DNA of 64,000 nucleotides from Octopus sinensis. Taxonomy: Eukaryota. Shown piece after piece: positions 17,630 through 30,963 of this stretch (the stretch's first letter is position 1; the number at the start of each line of letters is the position of its first letter). The notes under the pieces were generated by a model. It made no database searches and was not told the origin of the DNA. It saw only the letters and a program-made list of their open reading frames with translations. The stretch spans positions 69,192,001 through 69,256,000 of the forward strand of contig NC_043002.1 of the NCBI RefSeq assembly GCF_006345805.1. The letters run 5' to 3'. Made by a program: the position numbers and the translations under genes.

Positions 17630-18744
17630 ATGTGTGAATATGTATGTATATATATATATATATATATATATGCATACATACACACACACACCATAGCGAT
17701 TAACAGTTTATAGGAATAGCCAGGCCACTTAAAATAAAGAATTCAAGGGGTTATGTTTTAGTGTCAATACCTTTGATCTAAAGCAATGAGTCTGACAAAA
17801 TATATATTCTGTATTACCTGGAGGTTTGCCAGAGCTCTCTCTCTGTCTCTGATGCAACTTTGGTTAAAACCAGGTGTGTATTTTGTTAGGCTAGAATTTG
17901 CATGTGTGCTAATATATGTAAAATCATATAATGTATATATTGTAAAAGTATATATATGTAAGTATTATCTGATTAATACTAAATTCATTGGCTAAGGGAA
18001 CAGATGTGTTTATCATATCAAGAAATGGTGATCTTTTCTGATCAGCCAGGTACCTGAAGTGGACTGTTAATTTTTGATATGGCAGACATATCTCATAAAT
18101 ATATATTGATGTGTATGTATATAATGATATGTGTATATGTATATATACATGTGAGAGTTAGTGTACATACATATAAAGCTGTTTGTGCATGTGCATACAT
18201 ATATATGTACATACATACACATATTTTTGGTTAGTTATATAGCTCTGTAAATGATTAAATGCTTCACCTAAAGAAATTAAGATGTGCCCTGTGAAACTCA
18301 TTTGTGTGTCTAGCTACCCTGCATGTGTGCATATGTGTTTGTGTGCGTGTATGTGTGTGTGTGTGTGTATATATATGCATACACACGTGTAAACAATTAT
18401 ATAGAAAATAGCTTCCTCTTTTGCATCAAACAGAGATTTGTTGTGGAATGTAATAAATCTCATTGTATAGCTACACAGATCTCTTTGCTGTGAAAGACTT
18501 AATCATAAGACACCTGTTTATTTGTATATATATATATATATCTACACACACACAAATACTTAAACCACTTTGTTGGTAGTTCAACTGGCAATGTGCCAGC
18601 CGAAGCGCAAAAACGGAACTTTCGTGGTTGTGCCCAGCCATCCTTTTACCACTCTCTTTTATTTGTTTGTCACATTTTCTGTGGAGCTAAACATTCCTCA
18701 GCTAACTGATGCCATGCCATGGATTTGGTGTACTGAGATTTCTG

Positions 18745-18778
<34 letters not shown>
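16475..18778. repeat. Direct tandem duplication, 2 x ~1154 bp, downstream of the HECT stop codon
   Basis: Identical ORFs at 16632/17786 and 17416/18570 (offset 1154); the junction lies in a (TA)n tract at ~17596-17630. Confidence 0.95.
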
Positions 18779-18780
<2 letters not shown>

Positions 18781-20721
18781 CTTCAGTTTTATTTTTAATT
18801 TCGAAACTTTCCTAACTTTGCTTTTTTTAAAATTTCTTTCTTTACTATTTTCTTTTTTTTTTATATCTTTTCGTTGCTTACTTTTGATACCTACAGGAAA
18901 GTTTTTTTTTCTTTTTTCTTTGTCCTGGTATTGTGCAGACCAGTTGTGCTTTGTCAGGATAATGTATTATGATGCAGTATTTGTGAATGAAGAATGTGAG
19001 ATGCAGTGGTGACCTGAGGTAAATTTTCATACCTTGGTTACATTAGTTAAATAAAAATTGACACTGTGTGTTAGCCATTCTTGAGTGAAACAAAATAATG
19101 AAAAAAATAAAGAAAATGAAAAAAATAACCAAAAGCAAAACAAAATTAAGCCCCCAATTTAAAACAAAATAAAGTTTTCTAATTCTATCTTTGAGCCAGT
19201 ATAACCTAATTTCTGGTGACCAGAATTTCATGTCTCTGATCTTGTGGCAACTACGAATGTATGGTGATTTCTCTGTTAGTTTGAAAGACAATCTAGTTGC
19301 AATGTAAGAGCATTGGCATAAAAACTTGCCCTCTTCTGAAATCTGTCATATTTTTATGTACCTGTATAAGAAGTTGTTGTTATTTTAATCTAATAGTTTG
19401 ATCAGAGTTGAATTTGTGAACATATGTCCATCAATTTAAAACTATAAAAAAGCAAAAAAAAAAAAAAAAAGCATTGCCTGAATGCCAGAAAAAGTAGGTT
19501 AGTAATTATTTTAATATTTCTATTTGTCTGATTCAAAGTTTTAATAATTTCAATATTTTTTTTATTACTTTACTCTTTAAAATTGACAAAAATGAAAAAA
19601 AAAATTAGGCTGTGGTCCTTCCATCAGACATTGGGTGGGTTTGCTTCTTTCAAGTTCTGTATCCAGTTTAGCACAGTAGCTTCTATTCACACTCACTTTT
19701 TTGTTACTAATTCCATTTTCTTATTTTTTTTTTATTTTATCAGTTTGTGTAAAAAAAAAAAGATACAACAAAAAATGTTTTAATCAGGAAAAAGGGAAAA
19801 GTTAAAAAAACAAAACAAAACAAAAGCATTTGTAGTATTTTGTGTGCCTAGCTTCAAAAAATTCCATACAGAGTATACACAGAAGATCTTTACAAATTAA
19901 CACCCCTGCCTTTTGGCTCGCTCAGTTTGAGTTTCACTAGTTAGAGTTGGTTAACGATGTAATGATACTAGTTTCTTAACGTTTGTGTCATTGTGGAGAT
20001 GGTGCTTCTGTCAGGTCTTTCCCTTTAGTCATTTTATTTTGATACATACATACATGCATGCACAAATGAAAATGAGTAAAAGGATAGAGGATATGCATAG
20101 TAGGGTTTATTCGTTTGAAGCTAATAATTCCCTTGTTGTTCATTTGTTCAGGTGACAAGATGAACAGATGAAAGATTGAATTATCAATTTTGAATGAATA
20201 CATATATATTCCTTTTGTGGTTTCAGCCATTAGATTGTAGCCATGCTATAGCACTTCTAGTGTATTACACTGATTATCCCCACTCTCCCCAATATTTATT
20301 TTATTGACCTCAAGAATGACAGGCAAAGTGGAGACCTAGCTAGGATTTGAAGTCAGACTGTAGAAGGGAGGTAATCAAATGTCATGGAAGTATTTTGTCT
20401 GATGCTCCACTGATTATTTTGTTATCTTTTTTTTGTGTTTGTATCGGTTTGGAGTTACAGAGAATGGTTAAAGCTTTGGTAATAATATTAGGTATATATC
20501 TAACCATTTTATATACACTTCTTCAAAGCTCTTCTTCACATTACACTCACTTCTGAATTCTACCAAGAAATTGTACCCTAATTTCCCTCTAGTATTTACT
20601 TAAAATATATCAGAATTTTCCATTACTTTATTTTGTGTTAGTTAAAGAATTATAACACTGTTCATTAGTTTTCCTATACACATTAAACCCATTAAAGCCC
20701 CTATTTTGAGTGGGGACGGAC

Positions 20722-20793
<72 letters not shown>

Positions 20794-20859
20794 TTTTTTA
20801 AATTTTATTTCGTAAAGAAATAATAATTTATTGTTGATCTTATTGTTGTATGATTCCGG

Positions 20860-21125
20860 AGCACCAGTTCAAACTGTTTGGTCATGTTGCTTGATTTTCT
20901 GAATTAGACCCTGCTTTCTGTGTTCTCTTCTCTGAGGACCTGACTGGGTTGGTGGCTCATGTTGGTCAACTGCACGCCATACAGTCATGGCAGATGAGGA
21001 GGTGTCTTGCAGAGACGGGGACTGACTGGGACCCTGCTTGACAACTTGCCTGGGAGGACCCAGGAAAATACCAACAGATGGTGAATGCAGCAATGTGGTG
21101 CATGTGCCCCCCACATCTGACCTGA
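20860..21125 (+). mobile_element. Old LINE 3'-end remnant (RTE/L2-like)
   Basis: cagttcaaactgtttggtcatgttgct = QFKLFGHVA, resembling the C-terminal L.WFGHV.R motif of non-LTR ORF2; ends in acatctgacctga. Confidence 0.4.
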
Positions 21126-22132
21126 TATTTGAGGATGGATGTTTTTTTTTTCCCCCAGTAGAAAATACTGGTTTTGTTATCTTTGGTAATGTTTTTGGGG
21201 TTGAATATTCTAAAAAGTTTTTCTCAGTTATTTAAAAGAGAACTTCTGAATTTTTTGATTCATTTGAAAATGTTTAAATTTTGCTAAATTTATGAAGATG
21301 AAATTTTTTTTCTTTCTTCAGACTTCCTAACTTCTGTTTGGGTGTACACAACCCCTTTACTCATTATAAACGACCTTCTTATCGAGTCTTTCTCTCTCCT
21401 ACACCTTACACACATAATTACACATTAATATTCCTCATAATACAGTCTATAAGTTAAATTATTATTTAATTCAAAAATGTTAATTGTGTAATACATCAGC
21501 AAATATTTTATGGCATCTGAATTATTTTGTATTTAGTACTTTGTTAGGGTAAGTGTTTTAGCATTGGCTACATTTTGTATTTTAGTTAATTAAAATTGTT
21601 GTCATTCAGGTTTTGATTAAAAACTAAACATTAGCTTAAACTTAGATGCTTGTCAGTTTTCTCTATACTACTACTATTACTATTACAACTACTACGACTA
21701 CCTGCCATAAGTATCCAATACAACACTATTATTTTCTATATTATATCTGTCTATTAGCTCTCATCAGTACTCAAAAGTGGTCAGACCAGTAATTTTACTG
21801 TTAAAATGACTGAAATGCCTTGGGAATCTGGGCTCTCGTTTTTCAATTGTTAATATTGGTTATAATGAAACTGGTTGCTCTACGATGACTTCCCAACTGT
21901 GGCAGTGTTGTTTTACTTAGTTGACCTACTGATCAGCTCATAAGGCTATTTTTGCTGGTTGGTGATCAGTGCCAACTAAGTATAGGATCCTGTATCTCTA
22001 CTCCATATTGTTATTGTCAAAAACTATGCACACAAAGTCTTTGGATGCAAATTTCTTCCATAAAAATCATACCGATTTCTTGATTTTTATTAAGATACTA
22101 AATATTTCATTTTTGATCTTCTGTATTCTTTA

Positions 22133-22164
<32 letters not shown>

Positions 22165-22268
22165 TAACAATGGATTTATATTAAATTGATGATTAAGTAC
22201 TTTTTAAAATTGATTTTTTTTTTTGAGAAAAGGACTATTTTGAAAATATCTCACTTAACAGTGACATT

Positions 22269-22316
<48 letters not shown>

Positions 22317-22972
22317 ATCTATCTGTATGTTTATTTCAAACTAATGTTTTTATTGGAAACCGTGAAACTTTTAGCTGTTGGCTGAATTGTTACCCTTCCC
22401 TTTCTCACATATGACCTGCTCTTTATCGAAAATAATGGAAAAAGAAAAAAAAAAAGCGTATTCAGAATAATAATGCAGAATATTTTGAGACTTCACACAT
22501 GCAGTTGCATCTCTTGTGTAATAAAATTTTTAAATGAACAGATATCAATTTGTACAGTCCTGTTATTTACCTGGTTTCTTGTCTAACAGTATATCCGTGA
22601 ATGTTTTATTATGTTATTTTTTTTGTTAATGTTTTATATATTTATGTATTTCAGTTTTTAAACCATTAATTTTGCTTAATGATAATTGAAACTAATTTGT
22701 GTGTATGCCACCACACCTCTCTCATACACTGGTTAAAGAACAACGGCCATACCAGATAAATTATTTTCATTTATAGGTTGAATTGCTCTTTGATGTTAAG
22801 TCAGGATGAAGAAAGAATGCACTGAAACATGAAAATTTTAAAAATTTGTTAAATCTCATCCTCCATGCTACAAATTCACTCCAGCTGGTGAAATATTTTG
22901 ATATATTACTGTAGCACTAATAAAACTGCCCTATATCCATAAGACTAACCCTATTTTCTTTATATATGAGCA

Positions 22973-23009
<37 letters not shown>

Positions 23010-23114
23010 TGTGTGTGTCTATATATATACACACATATCACATGTATTATATTTATACTTACACATACATAAATATACACATGCAAACTATACAAGTGTA
23101 TACACATATAAAAT

Positions 23115-23177
<63 letters not shown>

Positions 23178-24116
23178 AGTCTGTATAAATATTTGTATGT
23201 GAATGTATATGTGTGTGTGCATGTGTGTATATATATATGAGAACAATATGAATTTAATGTGACTTCTAATTGTAGTTAAAATTTAGTAATATATTCAATC
23301 TTGCATAATGCAACTCTAAGTTCAGTTGGTTACTTATAACGTAAATGTTGTCATATATTAATTATTTTACATCCATACTTTCATTGTCAGGATGTAAAAC
23401 TGAAGATAATGTAAGTTTCACAGTTTAAACCTTAATCTCTTGAAATTAATAATTTGAAACAATGGAGTGTGAATTGAGCACATGCTGGCACTGTGCTAAA
23501 TGAATTAATATTTGCCATTAATGTATTCCCTATGCGTACAGTGTTCCATAGCTGCAGGCAATGAAGTAAATGCATTTATCATTAGATATTTTGGGGATTG
23601 CCCCCTACAGATTCTTTGTTTGCAATTATTATGTTTTTTTTTTTCATTTGAATACAATCGTACCCTCCAATTTTAACTCTGGGATTTCATATTGAATTTC
23701 CCATTTTACACACACACACACACATAAACATCAACATGATTGTAATTTTAATGTCCAATTTTCTAAAGCTTGCATGAACAGGTTTTTGTTTTTGTCCAGC
23801 ACCATTGGTTTTGGGGCCGGGTACTTATTACCAGCCACTTTACAATATGGGCTGGGTGTATTTTATTGTGCCACCTGCACTGTCAAGACTAAAGTGTCCT
23901 GCTTCTTCTAGATGAGCTGCCTTTCCTGAGGCTAGGTGAGTTTGTGACCCTCTTGCATGGTTAGGGCAGAGCCATTTTTGTTAATTGTTGGAGTTGTTTA
24001 GGTTACCCAAATTCTGAAAAGAGTTGCCTTCATTGCAGTTTGAAGCCATGTCCATCCTTGTGTGAGTGTGTGTATAATGCTTTTGTGCGTGTATGTGTGT
24101 GCAAGTATACATATTC

Positions 24117-24150
<34 letters not shown>

Positions 24151-24574
24151 CTTTATTTCCATTCTGTGCTCCTCTGGCTCCACTGCATTAATTTGTGCTT
24201 GGATGATTGTAGAAGCAGCATATCAGTTTTTCTATGAGAAGGGGTTGCTAGTCCCTTACCCAACCATTCAACATTTCTGGAAAAAGGGTCACTGCTTATG
24301 GTGCCTCCTTCCCAAGATGCTTATTCTAGTGCAATGTACCCCATTCTAAGAAATTGTGGAAGAAAGGGAGAGAAATAGATAGAGAAGAGTCAGGTTTTCG
24401 ATATTGATAAAGTACCTGACTGGTACTTTATTACTCTTGGAAGGATGAAGGACAAAGTTGACCTTGGCAGGATTTGAACCTTGGAGCACAGAAAGCTGGA
24501 GAAAATACTGCAAGGCATTCTCTCTGACACTCTAATGATTCTACCATTTCACCTCATGTATATATATATATATA

Positions 24575-24624
<50 letters not shown>

Positions 24625-25178
24625 TTTTTGAACAAAATTGTGATTGTTGTGTAGTAACTCTCATTTGAAGATGAAATTGTTTCATTTTTCTACTGTAGTT
24701 GTCTTATAATATGTGGAAAACGTTAAAAAAAAAAGAGGACAATTTGAACATGAATAATAATGATAAAAGAAAAAGAAATGTTTATTGCAAAAACGAAAAA
24801 TAGGTAGTTTTTTGTTTGTTTTGTTTTTCTTCTTATCAAACTTTCATTTTGTGTCCGGATCTGAAAATCTTGTGACATACATCACTTTCCATGTTTTTGC
24901 TGTGTTTTTCATTAACTCAAATACGTTTTTGTTTAAAAAAGAAAAATATTCGATTTTTTGTTTTTTAAATGAAAAAGTTTCTTTCATTATCCTTTTCCTC
25001 TAGGTCCTTGTTACTCCCAGCTTTTCTTAGTTCCTTTCTGCAGGCTGTGCATTGTTTGCTGAACACCAAGCCCTATCCTGTCTTCAACTTTTGCTCACAT
25101 AAAAATCTGATTTTGAAGAATATTGACCCCAAAAATATAAAAAGAAAAAGTATACATACATACATACATATTTATATA

Positions 25179-25241
<63 letters not shown>

Positions 25242-26654
25242 ATAAAGCATACACACAAACATATTGTTCATTTATTATCTACTGTATATATTTTAACACT
25301 AGTTCTAGATGGATATTTCAGCCAAATACTGCTTTAACTAAGCATAAATTCTGTTCTTGATGGGCAAAACAACTCGTTCCCCATGAGTTTCTTTTGCCTT
25401 TATCTAATTTCTAATAAAGAACTACTAATAAAGAACTCTTGACTATGTTAATTCGATTAAGATCAATTTTGTTGGTTTACATTGTTTTATTGGTTTACAT
25501 TGTTTACTTTTTCAAGTTTGTTAAATTTACTAATTGTTATCATTCACATCATCATCACCATGATTGTCATCATCATTATGAGCCATCATTTTTTTTTTTT
25601 TCGTCTCTTCATGTCTGTTAATATTTGAAACAGGAATAAAAAGAAAATTAAAGGGAAACAACTGGCATGTTTTGCTATCTCAAAGACTATAATCGTTATT
25701 TCACCAGTTATAGGAAAAACAATGCATCAACAGGAAAGCCTTTACGAGGTTGTTCGACCTGCAAAATATAGCAGCCAATAATGTATAAGAACACATTAGA
25801 TAATCAAGTCCTTGATATGTAAAGTCGAAGGGGACAGGCATAATGGTTATGGCACAAATTATTTTTCATATATGTCTGCTTAGTTCAAGCTGTCTTGAAG
25901 TTTTAAGCAACAAAGCTCATATTTTCAAAAGAGCATCATCAATGTAGGATACTTCTGTGTGAGCAGCAAGAGAATTAAGGACTGCTCTCACCTTTACCAC
26001 CTCCCCCATCATTGAGAAAACTATGAAGATGATGGTATTTCATTACCATAGATGTGAGTAAGTTATAGGCATGAAAATGTTAGAAAGACAACCTAACAGG
26101 CACAATAAGTGCTGAGACTAAAAGTGTCTAAAATCTGACGTTAAGGGAAAAGATACACGATCCATACAAATAAGAGTTGGCTATAAGCAATGTACAAGTC
26201 GAGCTGATGTAGATATAATAAAATAAAAGAAGTACAAACAGTTGCAAGGTATCAAATCATTTATAACATGTTTATATGAGAGAGAGAGTATAAAAATATA
26301 TAAATTTAGCAGAAACACCAAAACTGCTGAAACAAATTAGAATATTTGTAGTTTGTTTAAGCTTTGAAGAAGCTTAGATCTTGACTTGTTCTGCTGTCGG
26401 ATTTTATGAGAGAGGGTTACACTGGATAACCAGCCTCACATATGTCCCTGACTTCCTGGGAAGCTGATTTGATTGGAAGCATACTAGAGATGCAATGGGT
26501 TAACCTAGATGATCTAAATGTTTCACTATGCTCTGTGTTGCATGTTCCAAAGTCATCACTGAGCAGTGGTTTCCTGCTCATTTGAAACTAAACTAAACCA
26601 CTTATTCACATTATTTACATTCGACGGATATTTCTCCTCATCTTGTTTGTTGTT

Positions 26655-26700
26655 AACACAACGTTTCGGCTGATATACCCTCCAGCCTTCTTCGGGTGTC
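26655..26700 (-). ncRNA. Minimal type-I hammerhead-like motif with a core substitution
   Basis: Minus strand: GACAC CCGAAGA A GGCUG gagggtatat CAGCC GAAA CG UU GUGUU; core reads CCGAAGA instead of CUGANGA. Confidence 0.55.
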
Positions 26701-26983
26701 TTAGGGAAATTTAGAACCTGGGTTCTCATTCCTAAGGTATTTTTCGATGTTATTATTATTATTATTATTAATGTTCAGGTCACTGCTTGGAATCGAACTC
26801 GGAATCTTGGGGTTAGTAACCCGCACTCTTAACCACTACGGGGCATATGGCTTGTGGTTAAGAGTGTGGGCTACTAACCCCAAGATTCTGAGTTCGATTC
26901 CAAGCAGTAACCTGAACACTAATAATAATAATAACATTGAAAAATACCTTAGGAATGAGAACCCAGGTTCAAAATTTCCCCAA

Positions 26984-27029
26984 GACACCTGATGAAGGCT
27001 GGAGGGTATATCAGCCGAAACATTGTGTT
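26984..27029 (+). ncRNA. Minimal type-I hammerhead-like motif with a stem III substitution
   Basis: GACAC CUGAUGA A GGCUG gagggtatat CAGCC GAAA CA UU GUGUU; 5-bp stem I and stem II; CG of the sister copy is changed to CA. Confidence 0.6.
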
Positions 27030-27168
27030 AACAACAAACAAAATGAGGATAAATATCCATCGAATGTAAATAATGTGAATAATTCCTCATCTTTTAAATA
27101 TAGAGCTGTATTAAGCCACTTATTGTTGGGGTTAGTCTGCACAGCCCTTTACATGGGGTGACAAACCC

Positions 27169-27392
27169 TTAATTCTTTAGTATTCAGTTTACTTTGTCAA
27201 ATCTAATGCTTATTTATTCACAGTGTTTTGAATTAATCATGCATTATTTCATAGCTTTGAGATTTCAATGATGTGATAATGTTTTCAACAACATTGTAGG
27301 TCAGGTGTAAGAGGCAAGGTCTGTTGAATTTGAACATAAAACAGGTAAAATATTTAGGCCAGTTATGGCTGGTCTAAATGCCAAAGGGTTAA
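27169..27392. mobile_element. TTAA-flanked ~220-bp MITE (piggyBac-like); copies at 28811-29030, ~42820-43050 and partial reverse ~43468-43640
   Basis: Ends ttaa(tt/cc)ctttag.att ... aatg.caaagggttaa; shared internal sequence across four loci. Confidence 0.7.
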
Positions 27393-28810
27393 AGACTTTC
27401 ACCAAGAATTTGAGTTGTCAGCTTCTCTCATCTGGTTTATTTGGCTTGTGAATACTGCTGCCTAGGAGGTGGCACACTACCACATATATGGAGTTTGTGG
27501 TTTCACAAGTGTAAGTTGGGGGTCAGATGAGTGCCACTAGGAGTTGTCTCGAAATGGAACTGGCAGAACTTCTACCAAAGTTATTGTCATCAAAATTATT
27601 GCCTTTCCTTGATACTTCATACCTCTTGTAATTGTAATGTGGGTGAGTCAACTAAGCCTTCAGAGCATTGTAGAGAATGAATGCATTACAGTATTTTCTT
27701 CAACTCTTGGTATTCTGAGTTCAAATTCTGCTTAGGTCTACTTCACCTTTTATCTTTCGGGGTCAGTGGATAAAGTCAGTTATTCTCTCTCCATGTCTTT
27801 CCTTCAGATTTGTGGATGTTGTGAAGTGAGAAAGGTTATGGGGATTATTCACATTGTATCTTTTCTCCAGAAATGGAGAAAGCTGAAGCAAAGTGGTCAA
27901 TAAGAACTATTAAGCTCTCAGAATTGTCGAATGGATTTTACACCTTGGGTCAGAAATAATGATGATAAAGTGGTGTGGTGATAGGGTAAGAGAATGTGCA
28001 GTAGAAGTAAAGTTAATGAGGGAATAAATTCATTTAGAGTAAGGAGTGAAGGGATTATAAAACCCTTTTTTAAGCTTAGGACTTGAAGATTTAAAAGAAA
28101 TCATTCATTTCTTGTTTTAGTTAATGCTGAAGCTAAGTCCCACTGGTTGTAGCTCTTGGGCAGTTCAAATACTGAAGTTCTTGTTAATCAAAGAGCTTTG
28201 ATGTATGAAGTATAATTTCAAATGAAATTTAGTGGGTGGGGGAACTTCAAAATACTTTCTTTCCCAAAGTAATGTTTGCTTTAATAAGTCAGGTTAGTCA
28301 AGTAAAACATAAATCTCAGGTAAAATTGCTAACAAGTTGTAACTGTGCAATTATGATATATTTTTTCTAAAGTTTCAAAGTCATTAATGGAAGTTGCTTT
28401 AGGGAAATCCTGCCTTTTTAGCTCATGTGGGCTGCATTGTCATGGATTTTTCAAGTTCTCTCCTCCCTATTTATTTCTATGTTGGTCTCAATGTTAAAAA
28501 CACTGCCATACATTGATATCATACCAATCAGAAGAACCTAGCTTTTTTAAGATCTCTTTTAACATCTTGTGTCATATGTCTTTTCAATTTACTTTTACGC
28601 AATCTATTCTCTGTTATTACCTCACGGCTTCCTCAGCCTATCTTGTTATTGTATTTTAAACCCATTTCACAACATGCTTTTATTTAACATCAACCAGTCT
28701 GATTTTGCTAAAGATTTTAAAACTAAGGAAATTGTTGGATATAATTAAAAATCCTAGTTGGTTTGAATTCTGAAAAATAACTTGAAATATTCGTTTTATT
28801 GCAAAGATAT

Positions 28811-29030
28811 TTAATCCTTTAGCATTCAGCTTATTCTGTCAAATGTAATGATTATTCATTGTTTTGAATAAATCATACATTATCTCATAGCTTCAAACTT
28901 TTGATGATGTGATTGTTTATTTTTAGTATGACATTGTAGAACTGGTGTGAGAGGTCAGATGTAGCCAGTTTGAACATAAAACGTAGAATATTTAGGCCAG
29001 ATATTACTGGATTAAATGCGAAAAGATTAA
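28811..29030. mobile_element. TTAA-flanked MITE copy
   Basis: ttaatcctttagcattcag ... aaatgcgaaaagattaa; internal similarity to 27169-27392. Confidence 0.65.
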
Positions 29031-29509
29031 TATAACAGTTATGTTTGAAAACCTAATTCATCTATTCATTATTGAAAGCTCTTTTATCTGCCTCATGGTT
29101 AGTGTGCCTCCATATCTATACACATGCAGTTTCCTTTTAGACTCCCAGACCTTCTTATTAAAGGGAAGATGGTATACATGATTCTGTGATGCCTAAAATT
29201 TTATCTTGTAGGCAATCCAGCTTTAACCTTTCTCACTAACTCCACACACATAAATAACAATTTCTAATACTGAGATAAAGCCACATACTTGTTGAGAAGG
29301 AGTTATGGGTGATCAAATTGATATCAGTACATTATTTCTATTTGTTTGATTTCTCACCAAGAGAGGAGAAAAACAAAGTCATTCCTGAAAGGGCTGAAAT
29401 TCATAAGATAAGCCTGCATAACTAAATGTATCAAGGCATTTTAAATGAATCCTAGCTCTTATTTCCACCGTTCTACTGTCTTTATATAAATGGTGAATTC
29501 TTGACTGGT

Positions 29510-29800
29510 CCTGTGCCAGTGGCACCTAAAAAGCATCATTCAAGTGTGATTATTGCCAGTACTGCCTGACTGGTTCCTGTGCCGGTGGCATGTAAAAAGC
29601 ACCATTTGAGTGTGGTCATAGCCAGTGCTACCTGATTGGCTCCTGTGCTGGTGGCATGTGAAAATCACCATTCAAGTGTGATTGTTGCCAGTACCACCTG
29701 ACTGGCTCCCATGCCGGTGGCATGTAAAAATCACCATTCGAGCGTGGTCGATGCCAGTGCTGGCTGACTGACCCTTGAGCTGGTAGCATGTAAAAAGCAC
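29510..29800 (+). repeat. 66-bp tandem units (x ~4.5) inside a family D element
   Basis: ctggttcctgtgccggtggcatgtaaaaagcaccatttgagtgtggtcatagccagtgctacctga repeated head-to-tail. Confidence 0.85.
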
Positions 29801-30963
29801 CCACTACACTCTTGGAATGGTTGGATTTAGGAAGGTCATCTAGCTGTAGATACATTGCCAGATTGGATTGGAGCCTGGTGCAGCCTTCTGGCTCCTCAGC
29901 CCTCAGTCAAACCGTCCAAACCATGCCAGTTAAACAATGACGACGATGATGATGTATGTGAGTTCAAATGTGATATGAAAGCTATAAGTAATTATTTGAT
30001 TTTTTTTTTAGTACTTGACTGGTTCATATTTTATCAATCCCAGAAAGATGCAAGGTAAAGTTGACCTGGGCAATATTTTAACTCACACAATATAAAGTTA
30101 CAATTGAATATGGTGAAGCAGTTTGTCTAATACTCTATCGATCCTGTGAATCCACTGTGCTTATATATGTATTGACAATGAATACTTTAATCAACTACTT
30201 TGATGGATCGCATCATCCCTACAGCAAAAAGATGATTCTGAGGAATGAATGATAAAATGAAAATTCTATAATAAGCACAGCCATGAGTAAGTATTAAGTT
30301 GAGATACCAATAAAGATTATCACAAACTGGTAAGAAAGAAAAATCTGTTGAAAGACCAGACGTTGCCAATATCTTGATTAATCTGCGAAATGCTATGTTC
30401 TAAAATTGACAACTGGCATGGGGGTGTTTACGCCCCCCCCTCTAACTTAGTGGTTTGACAAAAGAGACCAATGGAATAAGTATCAGGCTTAAAAAGTAAG
30501 TACTAGTGTCAATTTGTTCATCTACAATTTGTCAAGGCAGTGCCCCAGCATGGCTGCAGTCTAATGACTGAAGCAGATGAAAGATAAAACACGCACACAC
30601 ACACATATTCTGAAGTAGATTATTATACAAAGCCAGCAATTTTAAGCAAAGGGAATTAGTCGATTTCTAAATGTCAGTACTTGACTGATACTTTATTTTA
30701 TCGACCTCAGGAGGATGAAAGGTAAAGTTGATCTCGATGGCATTTGAGCCTGGAGTGGAAAGAGCTGGAAGCAATTCTGCTCTATGAATTTTGTCCTGTG
30801 TACTAATGCCTCTGTCAGTTCACCGTCTTTGAATGGCAATAATATTAAATTCTATAGTTCATAAATGTTTTACACTGATTTTGCCTTAGTTATCAGGGTG
30901 ACTGTGGTTTTGTGGGATTTTTGCGAATAACTCACAGAGGTCTCCTTCCTTTTAAGAAATTAT

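Larger units (their letters stand above)
26602..27082. mobile_element. Palindromic (head-to-head) pair of tRNA-headed elements, each ending in a hammerhead-like motif
   Basis: 26602-~26840 is the near-perfect reverse complement of ~26848-27082. Right arm has A box tggcttgtgg and B box gagttcgattcc, (ATA)n, then the ribozyme motif. Confidence 0.9.

Noticed and set aside
26848-26915. Functional tRNA gene
   Set aside because: A and B boxes are present but there is no proper acceptor stem or terminator; it is the head of a repeat element.
29510-29800. CRISPR-like appearance of regular repeats
   Set aside because: Head-to-tail units without unique spacers, inside a eukaryotic retroposon, with no cas genes.
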